A stretch of 64,000 bases of DNA, from positions 68,634,001 through 68,698,000 of the forward strand of contig CM060731.1 in the NCBI GenBank assembly GCA_030704615.1, given 5' to 3'. Below the pieces are notes generated by a model. It was not told where the DNA came from, did no database searches, and worked only from the letters and a program-made list of their open reading frames with translations. The stretch is from Takakia lepidozioides. Taxonomy: Eukaryota > Plantae > Bryophyta. The position numbers and the translations under genes are program-made. This document shows, one piece after another, positions 62,408 to 64,000 of the stretch. The stretch's first letter is position 1. Every line of letters starts with the position of its first letter.

Positions 62408-64000
62408 CATGCACAATTGTTTGAATTAGGCCCATCCACTGTGACCACCTCTTTTGAAAAAAGACCAGGAGATGGGGGCAACCCGAACTTTTCTGGCACG
62501 AGTGGGGATGTGAGGACAGTATGTAAGGGCGGACAACTGAACGAGGCACTGCACATTTTGAGCCAACAAGGCATTTTGGCAGAGTCCAATGCTTACATCA
62601 GTCTCTTGCAGGAGTGCATCAAGATGAAAGGTCTAACAGAGGGAAAGCAGGTGCATGCCAACATTGTCCAAAGTGGGCTTCCAGCCAAACATCTTTCTGT
62701 TGAGCACCCTTATCAACATGTATGCAAAGTGCGGGAGCATGAGGGATGCATGCCAGGTATTTGACAAAATGGCTGAACGAGATATGTTTACTTGGAATAT
62801 AACGATAGCAGGATATGCCAAGCACAGGTGCAGTAGGGAGGCTTTTGAGAACTTTGAGCAAATGCAACGGAAATGGGTGATGTCAGACAAGGTCACATTC
62901 ATTTGTGTTGTCAACGCATGTGCCAACCTAACAGCCCTGGATAAGGCCAAAGAGGTCCATGCTCACATCATCAAAGGTCAGATTGTGCCAGATTTTATTT
63001 TGCAATTGTTCAATAATATGGTTCAACGAAATGTAGTCTCATGGAATGCAATGATCATAGGGTATGCTCAACATGGGTGTGGTAGAGAGGCTTTGGAGAT
63101 CCATGAGGAAATGATATAGGAAGGGGTGATGCAGATAGGGTCACATTTACTTGCATTCTCAATGCATGTGCCAGCCTGGCAGCCCTGTAAAAGGGGAAAA
63201 TGGTCCATGTTGACATCATCAAAGCTGGGATTGGACCAGATATCATTCTGGAGACTGCCTTGGCAAACATGTATGCCAAATGTGGGAGCTTGAAGACTGC
63301 ACGGAAAATGTTTGACAAAATGGCTCAAAGAGATGTGGTCTCATGGAATGCCATGGTCTCAGGATATGCCCAGCATGGGTCTGGTAAGGCTGCTTTGGAG
63401 ATGTATGAGCAAATGAGATGGGAAGGAGTGAAGCCTGACAAAGTCACATACATTTGTGCTCTCAATGCATGTGCCAGTCTAGCAGCCCTGGAAAAGGGCA
63501 AAGAGGTTCATGCTGGTGTTGATAAGGCCAGAATTCTTCCAGATATTATTCTAGAGAGCACCCTTGTTGATATGTATGCCAAATGTGGGAGTATGAATGA
63601 TGCACGCCAAGTATTTAACAGTATGGCTAAGCGAAATGTGGTGTCAGGGAGTGCAATGATACAAAATGCTCAACATGGATATGGTAGGGAGACATTTGAG
63701 ATCTATGAGCAAATGATATGGGAAGGGGTGTTGCCTGATAGGGTCACATTCACTTGCATTCTCAATGCCTGTGCCAGTCTGGGAGACCTGGAAAAGGGCA
63801 AAGAGGTGCATGCTGACATCATGAAAGTTGGAATTAGGCTAGATTCCATTCTAGAGACTGCCCTGGTTAATATGTATGCCAAATGTGGGAGTATGAAGGA
63901 TGCACGTCTAGTATTTGACAGTATGGCGCAAAGAGATGTGGTGTCATGGAACGCCATGACCTCAGGATTTGCACAACATGGGTGTAGTAGCGAGGCCTTG
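62408..64000 (+). pseudogene. Long PLS-class PPR gene with several frameshifts and stops; runs off the window end
   Basis: VRTVCKGGQLNEAL, YISLLQEC, repeated MYAKCGS / DVVSWNAM / PDKVTF..LNACA units; lesions at ~62680, 63117, 63188, 63665. Confidence 0.9.

Overview
This is eukaryotic land-plant nuclear DNA with spliceosomal introns. A non-seed plant (bryophyte, lycophyte or fern) is inferred from the PLS-PPR style and a half-tRNA-primed Copia element, not proven. Host genes: phosphatidylinositol synthase (10 coding exons, +, 4625-11242), plastid ClpP4 (+, 12673-14460), pectate lyase (+, 55232-57660) and an NFD2-like RNase III-domain gene (-, 58731-59710). There are also several broken PLS-type PPR loci, three LINE 3' fragments and a decayed Ty1/Copia element (24047-28956) with a nested CACTA end. 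The most notable region is a ~21 kb mobile-element complex (~29.5-50.5 kb). It holds two different Mutator-like transposase genes, a CACTA Tnp2-type transposase, a Ulp1-like protease and oppositely oriented TGTAACCC/GGGTTACA arrays. It also holds a reconstructable ~1,150-1,200 aa intron-containing gene fusing a ParB/Sulfiredoxin-like domain (DGNHRLLA) to a prokaryote-type beta-class N4C/N6A DNA methyltransferase fold. The second intron of that gene contains ten 38-bp palindromes phased at 116 bp, with flip-flopped loops. This copy is inactivated by stops and a ~350-bp inversion. All domain calls come from motif recognition by eye; no database search was run.
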